The notes under the pieces: model-generated
Databases searched by the model: none
Told to the model about the DNA's origin: nothing
What the model saw: only the letters and a program-made list of their open reading frames with translations
Shown: one piece after another, positions 1 to 10,794 of the stretch
Numbering within the stretch: the stretch's first letter is position 1
Layout of the letters: each line of letters starts with the position of its first letter
Program-made: the position numbers and the translations under genes
Source: Brevundimonas sp.
GTDB lineage: Bacteria; Pseudomonadota; Alphaproteobacteria; Caulobacterales; Caulobacteraceae
NCBI RefSeq assembly: GCF_041919755.1
Contig: NZ_JAYRTD010000004.1
Location: 185,916 to 225,915, forward strand
Direction of reading: 5' to 3'
DNA length: 40,000 bases

Positions 1-3000
1 GCCAAGACTCCCAACTTGCGTCGATGGGCGTCCATAGAATGGTGGCGAGGCGGTAGAGGTCCGAAACGACGCCGGGGTCCTGGAGGTAGCCTTCCAGATC
101 TGCGCGCAGCTTGTCCTGCACGTTGCCGTGGGCGTCAGCGTCATCCACCATCGCTGACTGGAAGAGAACCAGCAGGGTGGCCTGGAGCGACAGATCCGCG
201 AGATCCCGCTGCAGGTTGAGGGCCGCTTCTTCCAGAGTGACGCCTTTGAGAACAGCTTCTCCGGTCAGGGCGCAGATCAGGATTTGCGCCAGCCATTCGC
301 GGGCGAAGACATTGTCCACCGCAGCGAGGAAAGGCCCCTGCCGCGCCTGGTGATGGAAACGGGCCGTCCGGATGGCCCGATACAGCGCGCCGTCCTCACC
401 ACCCAGCGAGGACCATAAGTCGGTCGGGCAAGCGATGCCCAGCCGCAAGGCGTCGACAGCCAGGGTGAAGCCGACCGCAGCCTGTGTCTCCTGGTTCTCG
501 AAGGTGAAGGTCTTGGTGGTGGTTGATCCGTCCCGGAACCGGATGTCGGCATGGCTCGCAATGGCGAAGCGCCTCATTTCGATCGGCGACAGATTCTGGT
601 GAGTGAGGAACCGCACCTCTGTCACCAGATCGGACCATGGATTGTTGCGAGGAAGCGGCAAGGCCATTCCTGCAAAGCGCGTCACGATCTGGGTCCGCCA
701 CTCGAGTATCGCCTGGGAGGTGTCGAGCACATTCGGCGGCGTCTGCGCCGTCCTGATCGCCAGGGGACGCAGCACCGGAAGGCTGAACACTGTATCGCCC
801 GACCACATCGACCAGTGGCCCAGCACGTCCGCCTCCATGACGGTGGAGACGTCGATCGCCTGACTGATGCTGTCATTGAGAACGGGACAGACCCAATGTC
901 GCTCTCCGCCATGCTGTAGCGCGTAACGCCGCGAGACACGTCCAGGGGCGAAGTCGCGCATGGCCTGCAAGATCGGCATCACCCTCGGATCGGCGTCCCC
1001 GCCATTGATCGGCGGGAGATGGATGACGACCTCGGGCAGGTTTAGATCGCTGAACAGGTTGGCCGGGACGAACTCCGGGAGCGGTGAGTTGTTGATCACC
1101 GTCTCGGTCATCGGCGGCGTCTGGGTCCACCGGGTTTCAAGGCGCCGCAAGGCTGTGGGCAGCACCTCGGTCAGTAGCGGACGCGGCTGGTCCCAGAGTA
1201 GAAGATCGATCTCTCCCGGGTCTAGACGAAGCGCTCTGGCGAGATACTGGGCGTATCGATCCCGCTCCGCCGGTTCGTTGAGGATGCGCGAGATCGCCTG
1301 GGCGAGCCGGGCCTGACGGGTCCGGTTGTCCGCCCAGTCGGACGCCTTGACGAGGTCGCGCCAGACGCTGCCCTTGGGCGCTCCTCCGAGTTGCTCGCTC
1401 AGATAATCGAACGTGGCGTAGACCGACTGAATCCGACGGACGTATCGATTGCTCGTGGGTAGACTGCGGACGGAGAGCTCCGGATCGAACAGCAGATCGT
1501 ACGCCTGATAGGCGATGCGATCGCGACCGTAGTCAGAGAGAACCACCACGGTCCATGGACGCATGCGTCTCGAGCGGCCCGCCCGACCCTTGCGCTGGAG
1601 AAACTGGGCGACGTCTCGTGGAGCCTTGTGCTGAATGACAGCACCGACGCGCGGGTCGTTGAACCCGACCTCCAGAGTCGCGGTGGCCACGACGATATCG
1701 AGGTTCTTTCCTACGCCCGGGTCCAGCGACATCACCCTGCCGACGGCCTTTCGATCCGTCGGGGTCAGGGGATGGCCGATCTCCTGCGGAACTGCCCAGT
1801 CCTGGCCGTGGAGCTTGCGCTGACGGTTGGGCATCGGACGACGAAGGACGGCGAGTCCACCCCGGGGGTGGCGGTTCATGTCATGCCGCGCGGCCGAGTT
1901 GCGCCCCTCGGCGTCCAGCATCGCGAAGTACATGCGATTGGTGACGTCGAGGTCGTCGGTGAAGAGGAACAGTCGCTCGCCGAAAATCCCTTCGCTCTTG
2001 CGCGTGAGCGGCGCATCGAGCGTTCGGGACGTCAAAATCGCCGCTTGGATGGTCGTGGAGAGGAGTGCGGTCCGCGACACCGGATCGCCTCTCAGGGCGA
2101 GCATGTATTCCGCACCCTCCTCGACCATCTGGGACGAGACGGGAGCGATCTCCAGAGATGCCTGCTCGTTGAGCCCGGTCAGGCGCGCGAAGAAGCGGGA
2201 GCCATCGCGCAGTGTCGCCGACAGACCGACGAAGCTGACAGGCTTGCGCAGCATCTTGCGCCAACGCCTGAGGAGAAATGCGACCTGCGCCCCCGAGCGG
2301 CCCGAGTAGGTGTGCACTTCATCAAGCAGCATCATCTCGACGGCGCGCTCGGCCCGACCGCCGAGGCCGAAAAGATGGCGATACTGGGAGTCTCCCATCC
2401 GCTGGTTCAGCATCTCCGTGGTCGTGAAGAGGATGTCGGGGCTGACCGCCTCGAGACGATCCCTGGTGAGGATGATTTCGTCGCTGCCGATGTGATGACC
2501 GCAGGTGTCGCAATGGAGGCTCTCGACCCGATTCTCGCGATCGCCGGTTCGCCATACAAGGTCGCCGCCGCAGCCTTCCGTCGGACAGCGGATGTATTCG
2601 CAGATCAGTCCGTCAGGGTGGGGCGGCCACTTGTCATGGCCGGTCGCGACACTCTTGTGCGATTGGGGCGTCGGTCCGAAAAGCGTGCCGATGAGGATCT
2701 TTCGCCGCCCCTTGGCCGCGAGTTCGGCGTCGAGCGATCGCGCCTGCTCATAAACTTCCGCGAACTGGTCCTTCAGCAGTTCATTGCGCGGATAGAGAGC
2801 CAGGACCTTCACCCAGCGGCTCTCCGGTTCGTCGCGTTGGATGTGGGTCGCCACGCGGGCAAGCGCCGGGAGGTAAAAGGCGAGCGTCTTGCCGCTGCCC
2901 GTCCCGGCGCTGACAAGGGTGGCGCGGGAATAGGGCTGGCTGAAGCCGGAGAGGATCCTCTTGGCGGCCTCGACCTGGAAGTTGGCGAGCCTGAACTTGG

Positions 3001-3493
3001 GCCCGTATCGACCGATCAGCGCGGACAGGGCGGAGCGGGTTTCAGGCTCATCCGCCGCGCTGCCGATGTCGGACAGCGCCTGGGCGGGCATGATCTCGCG
3101 CCGCGGATATCGCCTTCTCCGCCATATGAACCGGAAGTCGGCGACCAGGGTTGGGGCGACTTGCCAGCCGTTCGCTCCGTCGTGTTTGGGGAACAACTGC
3201 CGCAGACGAAACATCAGCCGGACGCTCTCGGCCATTCGCGACCGATACCGTTCGCCTGGATCCTCGCCCACGTCGAAGACGAGCCCGAGCGCGACTAGCC
3301 GATCGACGACGGCGTCCACTGTCGTCAGCGTCAGCCCCTCGAAGGATGCAAGCTGGTCGATCTGATCCCCGACGATCGCCTGCAGGTCGGCATCGGGTAT
3401 GAAGGCATCCACCAGTCCCCAGGACAGGAGGCGAGCTTCCAGTTGCTCCACCTGGTCCAGAACGGCGAAAACGAGGGCGTCGTCAGGACTCAT
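1..3493 (-). CDS. dpdJ: DEAD/DEAH-box superfamily-2 helicase, DpdJ-like (5' part; C-terminus lies beyond the left edge)
   Basis: Hand translation of the minus strand from ATG 3491-3493 is open to position 2 (1164 codons; absent from the ORF track because there is no in-window stop). Motif I VSAGTGSGKTLAFYLPAL, motif II LLDEVHTYSG, GLSATL, VVATATLEVGFND, QRKGRAGRS. Cys-rich insert CPTEGCGG...CDTCGH. ATGA overlap with the upstream gene. Last position in a dpdE-F-G-H-I-J gene order. Confidence 0.8.
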   Translation of the reverse strand, partial: MSPDDALVFAVLDQVEQLEARLLSWGLVDAFIPDADLQAIVGDQIDQLASFEGLTLTTVDAVVDRLVALGLVFDVGEDPGERYRSRMAESVRLMFRLRQLFPKHDGANGWQVAPTLVADFRFIWRRRRYPRREIMPAQALSDIGSAADEPETRSALSALIGRYGPKFRLANFQVEAAKRILSGFSQPYSRATLVSAGTGSGKTLAFYLPALARVATHIQRDEPESRWVKVLALYPRNELLKDQFAEVYEQARSLDAELAAKGRRKILIGTLFGPTPQSHKSVATGHDKWPPHPDGLICEYIRCPTEGCGGDLVWRTGDRENRVESLHCDTCGHHIGSDEIILTRDRLEAVSPDILFTTTEMLNQRMGDSQYRHLFGLGGRAERAVEMMLLDEVHTYSGRSGAQVAFLLRRWRKMLRKPVSFVGLSATLRDGSRFFARLTGLNEQASLEIAPVSSQMVEEGAEYMLALRGDPVSRTALLSTTIQAAILTSRTLDAPLTRKSEGIFGERLFLFTDDLDVTNRMYFAMLDAEGRNSAARHDMNRHPRGGLAVLRRPMPNRQRKLHGQDWAVPQEIGHPLTPTDRKAVGRVMSLDPGVGKNLDIVVATATLEVGFNDPRVGAVIQHKAPRDVAQFLQRKGRAGRSRRMRPWTVVVLSDYGRDRIAYQAYDLLFDPELSVRSLPTSNRYVRRIQSVYATFDYLSEQLGGAPKGSVWRDLVKASDWADNRTRQARLAQAISRILNEPAERDRYAQYLARALRLDPGEIDLLLWDQPRPLLTEVLPTALRRLETRWTQTPPMTETVINNSPLPEFVPANLFSDLNLPEVVIHLPPINGGDADPRVMPILQAMRDFAPGRVSRRYALQHGGERHWVCPVLNDSISQAIDVSTVMEADVLGHWSMWSGDTVFSLPVLRPLAIRTAQTPPNVLDTSQAILEWRTQIVTRFAGMALPLPRNNPWSDLVTEVRFLTHQNLSPIEMRRFAIASHADIRFRDGSTTTKTFTFENQETQAAVGFTLAVDALRLGIACPTDLWSSLGGEDGALYRAIRTARFHHQARQGPFLAAVDNVFAREWLAQILICALTGEAVLKGVTLEEAALNLQRDLADLSLQATLLVLFQSAMVDDADAHGNVQDKLRADLEGYLQDPGVVSDLYRLATILWTPIDASWESW

Positions 3494-4215
3494 TGGGTAT
3501 CCACGGCCCGGATCCGGTAGCCGTTCATGCCGTTGCCGTCCTTCAACCAGACCAGCACGTCGTCTGTCAGCATCGCCAATGGCGCGCCGCCGGCCTGAAC
3601 GGCTGCGAGGAAGGCTTTCACGTCCGGATTGACGTTGTAGTCGAACCGCTCGGCAATTCGCACCAGTTCTGCGGCGAGCGCACGAGCCCTTTCGATAGCC
3701 GCCGGTTCCGTCGGCAGGGACTGGAAGTGCTGCATGAACTTCTCGTGGGTCACCCGATAGGCTTCGAGGGCGTCGGTATTTTCCTTCGTGCCTGCGAGTA
3801 CGCTGCGGATCTTGCCCGGCGCCTCACCCGAGAACAGGGTGGCTCGATAGTCGCGCCAGGCGTCGTGCAAAGCCTTGTCGACATCGACGATGGCGACGGC
3901 GGCTTCATCGACCATGAGACGCCAGCCTTGTCCCTTCTTCAAAGTGGTAGCGGTCCGGTCGGCTTTGAACCTTTCACGCACCGTGCTGGCTTTGCGGCGC
4001 AGCCTGCCGAGGCTGTCCGGGCTGCTCACTGGAACAGAGGCCTGTTCAAGGAGCCTCCGGCGCGCCGAGAGGCTGCCAAGGGACTGCGCCGGCGCGGCGA
4101 GATCGGCTCTCAGGCCCGCGAGTTCACTGGCCTCGGCCTGCTTGCTGGAAAGGGCCTGCAAACGCCCGAGCTTATCCCGCAGTTCAGCGACCCGGGTCGG
4201 GAGGGTCAAGCTCAT
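3490..4215 (-). CDS. dpdI: DpdI-like protein (241 aa, no recognisable catalytic motif)
   Basis: ORF with high GC3. ATGA overlaps at both ends (4212-4215 and 3490-3493). Name assigned from position and size within the dpd restriction module only. Confidence 0.6.
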   Translation of the reverse strand: MSLTLPTRVAELRDKLGRLQALSSKQAEASELAGLRADLAAPAQSLGSLSARRRLLEQASVPVSSPDSLGRLRRKASTVRERFKADRTATTLKKGQGWRLMVDEAAVAIVDVDKALHDAWRDYRATLFSGEAPGKIRSVLAGTKENTDALEAYRVTHEKFMQHFQSLPTEPAAIERARALAAELVRIAERFDYNVNPDVKAFLAAVQAGGAPLAMLTDDVLVWLKDGNGMNGYRIRAVDTQ

Positions 4216-7200
4216 GACGCCGCTCCATCGATGGCAGGGTTCGGATGCACATCGAAGCTGGCCAGAAGATCGTCGATCTCATTGGCGATACGATCCGGGT
4301 CGGCCTGGTCGCTGAGCGCGTACTTCCTATCCACATTGCTTTGGGCGAGGGTGACGATCTTCTCGGCGGCTTCAAGGAAAGACCGTGTGCGGGCCAGTTG
4401 GGTCAGGTCAAGTGAACCCAGAGCATTGAGCAGCTTGTGCACCTGATCCGCGGACGCTTCGTCCGCGATCCTTGCCTTGTCGACCAGTTCGACGATGGGA
4501 CTGGTCCTGAAATCTTCGATGAGTTGCGTGAAGGCCTTGACGCCGAGGTCCGCACGTTCCGGCCAGGTGCTGGTCTCGGACAGGAGGCGGACAATCGCCT
4601 TCAAATCCTCGATAAATTTCGCCTTGTCGAAATCGTCGTCGACGTACACCGCCAGTTCTGCCCGGAACTGGCGAAGCTTGGTGATGAGCGGCTGAAGTTG
4701 CAGCCAGACGCGCTTATCACCGAAGGGTCGAAGATAGTTCAGGATATCCGGGCTGACATCCTCGGCGAGGGATTGGTCTTCCGGCGTCCGGCCGAGGCTG
4801 TCGAGCAAGCGAACGCTATCGATGGCGAAGGGGGTGCCGCCACTCCCCTGGAATACGGAGAGCAGTCCGTGAAGCTCCGCCTGCAGCAAGTCTCGCGCTG
4901 GGCGTCCGCCGATGGGTGATCGAACGCCCTCTCTCAGCGAATCCCAACCCGGCTCGAAGTCCTGGCGCTTGAATTCCGGAAGGGGGTCAAAGAGGCCCTT
5001 CAGCGTTGCGCTGACGTTTCCGGGTTTAAGCGGAGGAGCGAGGCCGCCGATCCGGGCCTGGACGAGCAAACCCTGCGCCAGGGTCTGGACCTGCAACTCC
5101 GCATCCTGAACAGCAATCTGCTCCGCCTGGGCTACCAGCCGATCGATGATCGCATGAACGGCGACATAGTCGTCATCGGCTTCGGGGTAGGTCCAGCCGC
5201 ACCGCCTTTCCTCGTACCGAAGGGCGCCGAGGAACCCCGCGCGAATGGCGCCGTCCTCATCCTCGGATGTCTCGCAGACTTGAAGGGCCCGTTTGGGAGG
5301 GTTGCCCCTGGCATTGGGGATCGCGAGACTGGTGGCGGGTATGGCGCGCTTGCGAACGCGCAGACGGGGCCACTCCATCGATCTCTCAAGATGTGGCAGA
5401 AGGGCGTTGCGGATCGACCGCGCGTCACTCTGGCCAAGTTCAACGCCCCGCGCCCAGTCGTCGAGCACCGACAGCCATCGGGTGACGAAGGGGTCGCCGT
5501 CCGGTGTAGGGACGGGCTCTGCCTGTGCGCTCGCGTTGCTGGTCGCCGATGCGGCTTGCGAGGCAGCGTCTGTCGCGGGTTCGACGAAGGCGATGCTGGC
5601 CAGTTTGTGCGGCGTCGGGAGGCCGAACGCGTCGAAGAGGCCATGCGGCAGATGTGATAGTCCGTCCTCGTCGGACGGATTGCCGCCCCAGACCGGCAGG
5701 AAGGCTGCCAATCTGTGACGAATGCTCTCGCTCTGGTTCGTACGCTTGATCCAGCCGGCGAGGAAGGCGTTCGGGACGAAGGTCTTCTGATCCGCCGACG
5801 GGAAGTTGTTGGCTTCGTAAAGGCGACGAAGCAGCAGGGTATTGCGAAGCAACTCGTTGATGATCTTGCGCGGGTTGAAAACCAGGACGCCGTTCTTGAT
5901 CAGGTGGGTCTCGGCGAGGACCGAGATCGCCTGCCGGTTAAAGGGGAACAGCGGCGCGCCGGCCGCTGAGTAGCCAAAGGCGTTGAGCAACGTCTGGTCC
6001 CGGTCGGCGTCGTTGTCGTCGCGCCAGATCGGCAGCCAATCGCTAGCCGTCCCGGTAGCGGTCGGCTTGAACAACCGTTGCAGTTCCGTCTCGCCCCACC
6101 GCGCGGCGTTGAGGTAGGCGCCGACCAGGTTGACGGTCGCATCCTTGATTTCGGCGTCGTTCAGGTCGCGGCCGCCGACGACCCATTCCTTTTGCGCCCG
6201 AGTGAACATGGTGTCCCGGAAGGACAGGACGCCGTCTGTCAGCGCGATGGCGGTCCGCATCGTGGCGCGGACCGTCTTCCCACCATAGCTGCCTTCCTGG
6301 ATGCAAACCTTCAGGAGGGCATCCTGGATACCGGACAGGGCCGCGAAATCCTCAACGAGGAGGACGAGGTCCTTACCCTCCTGAAGGAGGGTTTCCCGAA
6401 CCGCCAGGATGATGTCCTGGAAGGTCATGCCTCCGGTGGATTGCTGGAGTTGGAACACGTTGCCGATCGCCGGATCAATCGCATCATTCAGCAGATCGAC
6501 GGCGATCTTGATCTTCGACGGGTCAGCCGAGGCAAGGTTGCGCTGGAAATAGCTTTTAACCGCCAGCGCCGCCTGGTTCAGGTCGACGTGTTGCGGCAGT
6601 TCAAGGTCTTCCGGCACGAACCGGCTCTTCCGGTCGTCCTCCTCCGTGCTCGTCTCGGCACGTCCCTTGAGCGCCCGTTGCACGATCCGGGACAGCACCT
6701 TTTCCAGGAAATGATCAGCCAGAGCGGCGTCCGCGAAGAGCTTGGGCAAGTCGCGGGAATGACCGATCCGGAGGCGCAGGTCCGTCCGGTCAGGGTTTTC
6801 TCGGTACTCGGTTTCGAGGCGCGCGCCGATCTCCTTCAGGGTGATCTCGAGGTGGGCGCGGAAGGTGACGGCGGCGGCCTCGATATCAACAGCAGCCACC
6901 GCTTTGGTGAGTTCGCCGCGAGCCTTCGCGTAAGCCGGGTTGTCCGCCAGCGGTTCAAGGATCCGTTCCACGACCGTGCGTAGGCTGGCGCTCTTGGGAA
7001 TCCGGATGATGTGGAGGCGATCGCGTTTCGCCGACCGCTGGAGTTGGGCATCCAGCCATCGGATCATGTGCGATTTGCCGACACCCGAGGCTCCGGTGAT
7101 CGGAAAGAGCAGGAAACCTGCTGGCACATCGTCGGTGAGGAAGGCCTCGAGGAGCGCCTCCTCTGAAACTTCACTTTCGAGGCCCGAGCCCACGTCCCGG

Positions 7201-7316
7201 GTGGTCAGGGGCGAGGGCTGGTGGACCGCGAGCAGCACGGCCACATCGGCGGTCTCCGCCTCGTTCTTAATGCAGGCGTTCACCTGCGCGGCGTTCGGCC
7301 AGTAGGCGTCGATCAT
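4212..7316 (-). CDS. dpdH: DpdH-like large P-loop NTPase (about 1034 aa)
   Basis: Walker A ITGASGVGKSHMIRWL. Start moved to ATG 7314-7316 (MIDAYWPNAAQ...), which forms an ATGA overlap with the dpdG stop. The track start at 7349 would overlap dpdG by 37 nt. Confidence 0.7.
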   Translation of the reverse strand: MIDAYWPNAAQVNACIKNEAETADVAVLLAVHQPSPLTTRDVGSGLESEVSEEALLEAFLTDDVPAGFLLFPITGASGVGKSHMIRWLDAQLQRSAKRDRLHIIRIPKSASLRTVVERILEPLADNPAYAKARGELTKAVAAVDIEAAAVTFRAHLEITLKEIGARLETEYRENPDRTDLRLRIGHSRDLPKLFADAALADHFLEKVLSRIVQRALKGRAETSTEEDDRKSRFVPEDLELPQHVDLNQAALAVKSYFQRNLASADPSKIKIAVDLLNDAIDPAIGNVFQLQQSTGGMTFQDIILAVRETLLQEGKDLVLLVEDFAALSGIQDALLKVCIQEGSYGGKTVRATMRTAIALTDGVLSFRDTMFTRAQKEWVVGGRDLNDAEIKDATVNLVGAYLNAARWGETELQRLFKPTATGTASDWLPIWRDDNDADRDQTLLNAFGYSAAGAPLFPFNRQAISVLAETHLIKNGVLVFNPRKIINELLRNTLLLRRLYEANNFPSADQKTFVPNAFLAGWIKRTNQSESIRHRLAAFLPVWGGNPSDEDGLSHLPHGLFDAFGLPTPHKLASIAFVEPATDAASQAASATSNASAQAEPVPTPDGDPFVTRWLSVLDDWARGVELGQSDARSIRNALLPHLERSMEWPRLRVRKRAIPATSLAIPNARGNPPKRALQVCETSEDEDGAIRAGFLGALRYEERRCGWTYPEADDDYVAVHAIIDRLVAQAEQIAVQDAELQVQTLAQGLLVQARIGGLAPPLKPGNVSATLKGLFDPLPEFKRQDFEPGWDSLREGVRSPIGGRPARDLLQAELHGLLSVFQGSGGTPFAIDSVRLLDSLGRTPEDQSLAEDVSPDILNYLRPFGDKRVWLQLQPLITKLRQFRAELAVYVDDDFDKAKFIEDLKAIVRLLSETSTWPERADLGVKAFTQLIEDFRTSPIVELVDKARIADEASADQVHKLLNALGSLDLTQLARTRSFLEAAEKIVTLAQSNVDRKYALSDQADPDRIANEIDDLLASFDVHPNPAIDGAAS

Positions 7317-8218
7317 CTCCGCGCTCCCGGCGCTTGGGCAGGTCGCCACACGTGGGTGAAGGATCGCCAGAGACGGCCGTTCACGCCTGTCAATTGGAGT
7401 CCGTCCGCGGCATCGGCCTTCTGTTCGATCGCCAGTTCGCCGGCCTGAGCCAGTCTTTCGATCGCCCTCGAGAACGAGGTCGAAAGCCGGTTCTCAGCCG
7501 GCTTCGACCAGGCTTTGTCGTCGAGCACGCCCTCCACCATCTGGCGGTAGATCCCGTGGTCCAGGACCGGCAGGAGCTCGACGACCCGTCCCAGGAAGTC
7601 GCGAGCGGTGATCTGCGACGAGTTGGGAAGGACATCCGGCAACACGTCGCGCAGGGCAGGCGTCGGATCGATCGTGAACGCGTCCCCTCGCCCGAACCCG
7701 AGGTAGGTGGCCCAGGCCTTGAGGCCGTTCCAGCGCGTGTCGTTCTGCAGCACGAGCTTGGACTCCTCGCGAACCTGGTCGCGTTCGAGCGCCTCGATCG
7801 CGTAATGGGAAGAGGTGTCGATGGCGTAGACGTCCTGAGCCAGAAGCCACGCGAGCGCGCGCGTCAGGTCGGCGCTTTTGTTCTCCTTCGCCTCCCAGAA
7901 GCGTTGGTTGTTCTCCGGTTTCAGGACAATTTCGCGGGCCACGGCCTGAAGCCCGGCCTCCGCCTTGTCCGGGTCCTTTCCGAGTCGCTTTCGATAGGGC
8001 TCGCTGAGGACCGTGGAGCCATCCGGCGCTTCGAAGAGGCCCAGTTCATGCCAGCGGATGAACGTCGAATTGAGCTTGCTGGAATCCACCCCGGGGGCGT
8101 CCGCCCCGCATATCGCTAACAGTTCGGCCCGCTCGCGAGGGCCGAACCTCACCGACGCACGCACCAGGGCGATGAGAACATTGAACTGACCATCACTGGC
8201 TTGGTTGAGAACGCTCAT
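7313..8218 (-). CDS. dpdG: DpdG-like protein (about 301 aa)
   Basis: ORF with high GC3. Start moved to ATG 8216-8218 (MSVLNQASDGQ...), giving an ATGA overlap with the dpdF stop. Name from synteny and size. Confidence 0.6.
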   Translation of the reverse strand: MSVLNQASDGQFNVLIALVRASVRFGPRERAELLAICGADAPGVDSSKLNSTFIRWHELGLFEAPDGSTVLSEPYRKRLGKDPDKAEAGLQAVAREIVLKPENNQRFWEAKENKSADLTRALAWLLAQDVYAIDTSSHYAIEALERDQVREESKLVLQNDTRWNGLKAWATYLGFGRGDAFTIDPTPALRDVLPDVLPNSSQITARDFLGRVVELLPVLDHGIYRQMVEGVLDDKAWSKPAENRLSTSFSRAIERLAQAGELAIEQKADAADGLQLTGVNGRLWRSFTHVWRPAQAPGARR

Positions 8219-10794
8219 GAGCGAGAGCCTGATCGAAATTGCTCGAGAGTAAGGGTGTTGGCGCCGACGTCGCCGAGGCGGCGTCCCGGATGCCACGGAT
8301 CGGGTGTGTCGGCCCCCGCGACGATTATATGCAAGGGCCGGTCAAGCTCCAGCAGATGAGCAGGTATCGGACCCGCCGCGACGACGCTGATCCGCGCGAC
8401 CGGGTAGAGCGTCGGCATGATCGCCTCTTCTGCGAGATCCTGGATCATGACGAACGGATTCTCGGCCTTGCGATGTAGCGTACTGAGCCGCGGAAGGGCG
8501 ACGCGGGTATCCTCGGTGACGCCGATCTCCCTGATGTTGAACAGGGAGACAGCCTCTCCCAGGACGGACCCGACCTGGATCAGGTCGATGGGGTCGGGGA
8601 GAACAAGGAAAACGATCCGGTTTCGCGCCAGATGCGGGAAAGTGTCTCGCCAGACGCTCAGGTCCTGACTTGTGACCCGTTCGATCCCGAACACGGCCGG
8701 TTCGGAGTAGTCGACGTCCCGGACGCCTTCGCGGCGATGGACCGGGCAGCCGCCGCACGATGATGACACGACGACCATGCGGCCCGGCGCATAGTGCTGG
8801 TAAAGGTCCTTCAGAAGGGCGCCGACTTCCTGGTCTCCAGTGATCAGTCGGCGCAGCCGTTCCACATTTTGATGGGCATTGTCGAAGGAGGTCTGTCGTT
8901 CTTCCTGAAGGCGAGCCGTGAAGGTCGTCTGGTCGCGATGCCCCGCCTCGTGAATCTCGACGACGCAGCGCATGTAGTATTCGGCCCAGTAAGCCTCAGC
9001 CCGATCCTCGAAAGCGGCCTTGTCTTCGTCGGCGTCACGCTGGAGGAGTTCCGGCGCTGACGCGTCGAGTTCCAGCATGCCGGCACGCGCCATCAGGATG
9101 ATGGTGCGCATGTTCCAGGCGGCATTGTAGTCCGTCTGCTGTCTGAGACGCGGCGGAACCGTGGCGAGATCGATCTCGAGGCGGAGCCCGACATCGTCAA
9201 GCCGCCGGGCGTTTCGCACCATGGCGTCCCAACGCTCGAAAGCCAGCTCCTCGCTGATGAGCGACGGGGTTCCGATGCGCTCGGCGACCCCGAGGTCCTT
9301 GGCCGAGTAGATCAGAAGAGACCCGGACGCCGCGCCGTCCCGCCCGCCTCGTCCGACTTCCTGGTAGAACCGATCGACGGTCTCGGGCACCGCGGCATGC
9401 ACGACGGTCCGGACGTCGCTCTTGTCGATGCCGACGCCGAAAGCGGATGTCGCGACGATCACGTCGATCTCATTGCGTGACCACGCTCCGATGATCCGGT
9501 CGCGGTCCACGTCCGGCGTTTCGCCATGGAACATATCGACCCGGTTGTAGCCTTCGGCTTTCAGACGCCTGCACCACGTTCGGGCGTCGGCCCGTTTCGT
9601 GACGTAGAGGATGACGGGCCTGGGAGCGTGCCGGATCACCTCAAGAACCTTGTCCTCCTTCAGTCGGTCATCATCTTCGCGCGAAATCCAGTATTGCGGT
9701 TCGGGCCGGATGTGCACCGACGACACCATTTGCACGGCGCCGGGCGGGCCGAAGAGGGTGTCGATCGTATCGATCGCTTCCGCGGTCAGCGTGGCGGACA
9801 TCAGGATGGTGCGGAAGCCAGAGCCCGGACACTCCCGCAGGAGACCACGGCGAACGCCGGCGGCCATCTGGAACGCAGGCCGGAACCCGTCGCCCCACTG
9901 GCTGACCAGATGCGCCTCATCGATGATCAGGTAATCCAGAAGTCCCGCCCTGGCCGCGGCGTAGAGCGAGGGCAGCAGGGCGCCGGTCATGGCCTCTGGT
10001 GAGCAGTAGAGAATGCCCTGGCGTCCCTCGCGGATCGCCGCCTTGATCTCACCCTTCTCCTCGGCTGAAAGGCCGGAATGCCAGGCGAGGATGGGCCGAA
10101 CGCCGGACAGCAGTTTCGAAGACAGCATGCGCAACGTCTGACGGGCCTGATCCAGGGCGAGCGCCGTGGTGGGGACGACGCACAGGCTCAGTCCGCCTTC
10201 GAGTCCTCGGGCGATCACCGGAGCCTGGGCGACGAAGCTCTTGCCTGACCCGGTCGGCAGGCAGACCAGCAGGGTTTCGCCCGGAGGCATGAGAAAGGCG
10301 CTGCGCACGGCCTCCCGCTGACCCGGCGTGACGTAGGTCGAAAAGCCGCTTGCCTCCGCCAGGAAGGGATCGATCAGTGTAGACCAGTCCCGACGAGCAC
10401 GGGTCTCGGCGAAGGCGTCATCGAACAGGGGCCGATCCGTGTCGGCCAACCAGTCGGGTCGATGCGCCCGCCCTTCGATCAGAATGTGGGTTTCGGTGCT
10501 GCTGTGCGCGTTAAGACCGTATCGCGACCAGGTCTGAACATCAGGCCATGGTGCGCCGATCGGCACGCGCAGTTGAGCGGGCGCGCCGGTCTGCAGCGTC
10601 TCCCGCCTCAGCAGGTGTTTGAGCATGGGCGCCAGATCATCCATGCGATCGGCGACACCGCTGTCGCGAGCCGAAACTAGGATTTGCCGCACCCGGTCGA
10701 ATACGCCGTCGTATGCATGATTGGGAATGGCTGCGTCGGGCCACCGTTCAAGGACGACCGACAGGCCGTCAAAGTCGAGCGCGCTCTCCGTCAT
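8215..10794 (-). CDS. dpdF: RecQ-like DEAH helicase, DpdF-like (about 859 aa)
   Basis: Motif I LVCLPTGSGKSFVAQAP. Motif II and RecQ signature LIIDEAHLVSQWGDGFRPAF (compare RecQ DEAHCxSQWGHDFRP). VATSAFGVGIDK, QEVGRGGRDG. Start moved to ATG 10792-10794 (MTESALDFDGL...), giving an ATGA overlap with the dpdE stop. Confidence 0.8.
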   Translation of the reverse strand: MTESALDFDGLSVVLERWPDAAIPNHAYDGVFDRVRQILVSARDSGVADRMDDLAPMLKHLLRRETLQTGAPAQLRVPIGAPWPDVQTWSRYGLNAHSSTETHILIEGRAHRPDWLADTDRPLFDDAFAETRARRDWSTLIDPFLAEASGFSTYVTPGQREAVRSAFLMPPGETLLVCLPTGSGKSFVAQAPVIARGLEGGLSLCVVPTTALALDQARQTLRMLSSKLLSGVRPILAWHSGLSAEEKGEIKAAIREGRQGILYCSPEAMTGALLPSLYAAARAGLLDYLIIDEAHLVSQWGDGFRPAFQMAAGVRRGLLRECPGSGFRTILMSATLTAEAIDTIDTLFGPPGAVQMVSSVHIRPEPQYWISREDDDRLKEDKVLEVIRHAPRPVILYVTKRADARTWCRRLKAEGYNRVDMFHGETPDVDRDRIIGAWSRNEIDVIVATSAFGVGIDKSDVRTVVHAAVPETVDRFYQEVGRGGRDGAASGSLLIYSAKDLGVAERIGTPSLISEELAFERWDAMVRNARRLDDVGLRLEIDLATVPPRLRQQTDYNAAWNMRTIILMARAGMLELDASAPELLQRDADEDKAAFEDRAEAYWAEYYMRCVVEIHEAGHRDQTTFTARLQEERQTSFDNAHQNVERLRRLITGDQEVGALLKDLYQHYAPGRMVVVSSSCGGCPVHRREGVRDVDYSEPAVFGIERVTSQDLSVWRDTFPHLARNRIVFLVLPDPIDLIQVGSVLGEAVSLFNIREIGVTEDTRVALPRLSTLHRKAENPFVMIQDLAEEAIMPTLYPVARISVVAAGPIPAHLLELDRPLHIIVAGADTPDPWHPGRRLGDVGANTLTLEQFRSGSRS

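Noticed and set aside
1628-3298. 556-aa plus-strand ORF in the track
   Set aside because: It lies antisense to the dpdJ helicase frame, which carries all the SF2 motifs. The product is Arg/Gly/Ala/Pro-rich with no motifs. This is a typical shadow ORF in high-GC DNA.
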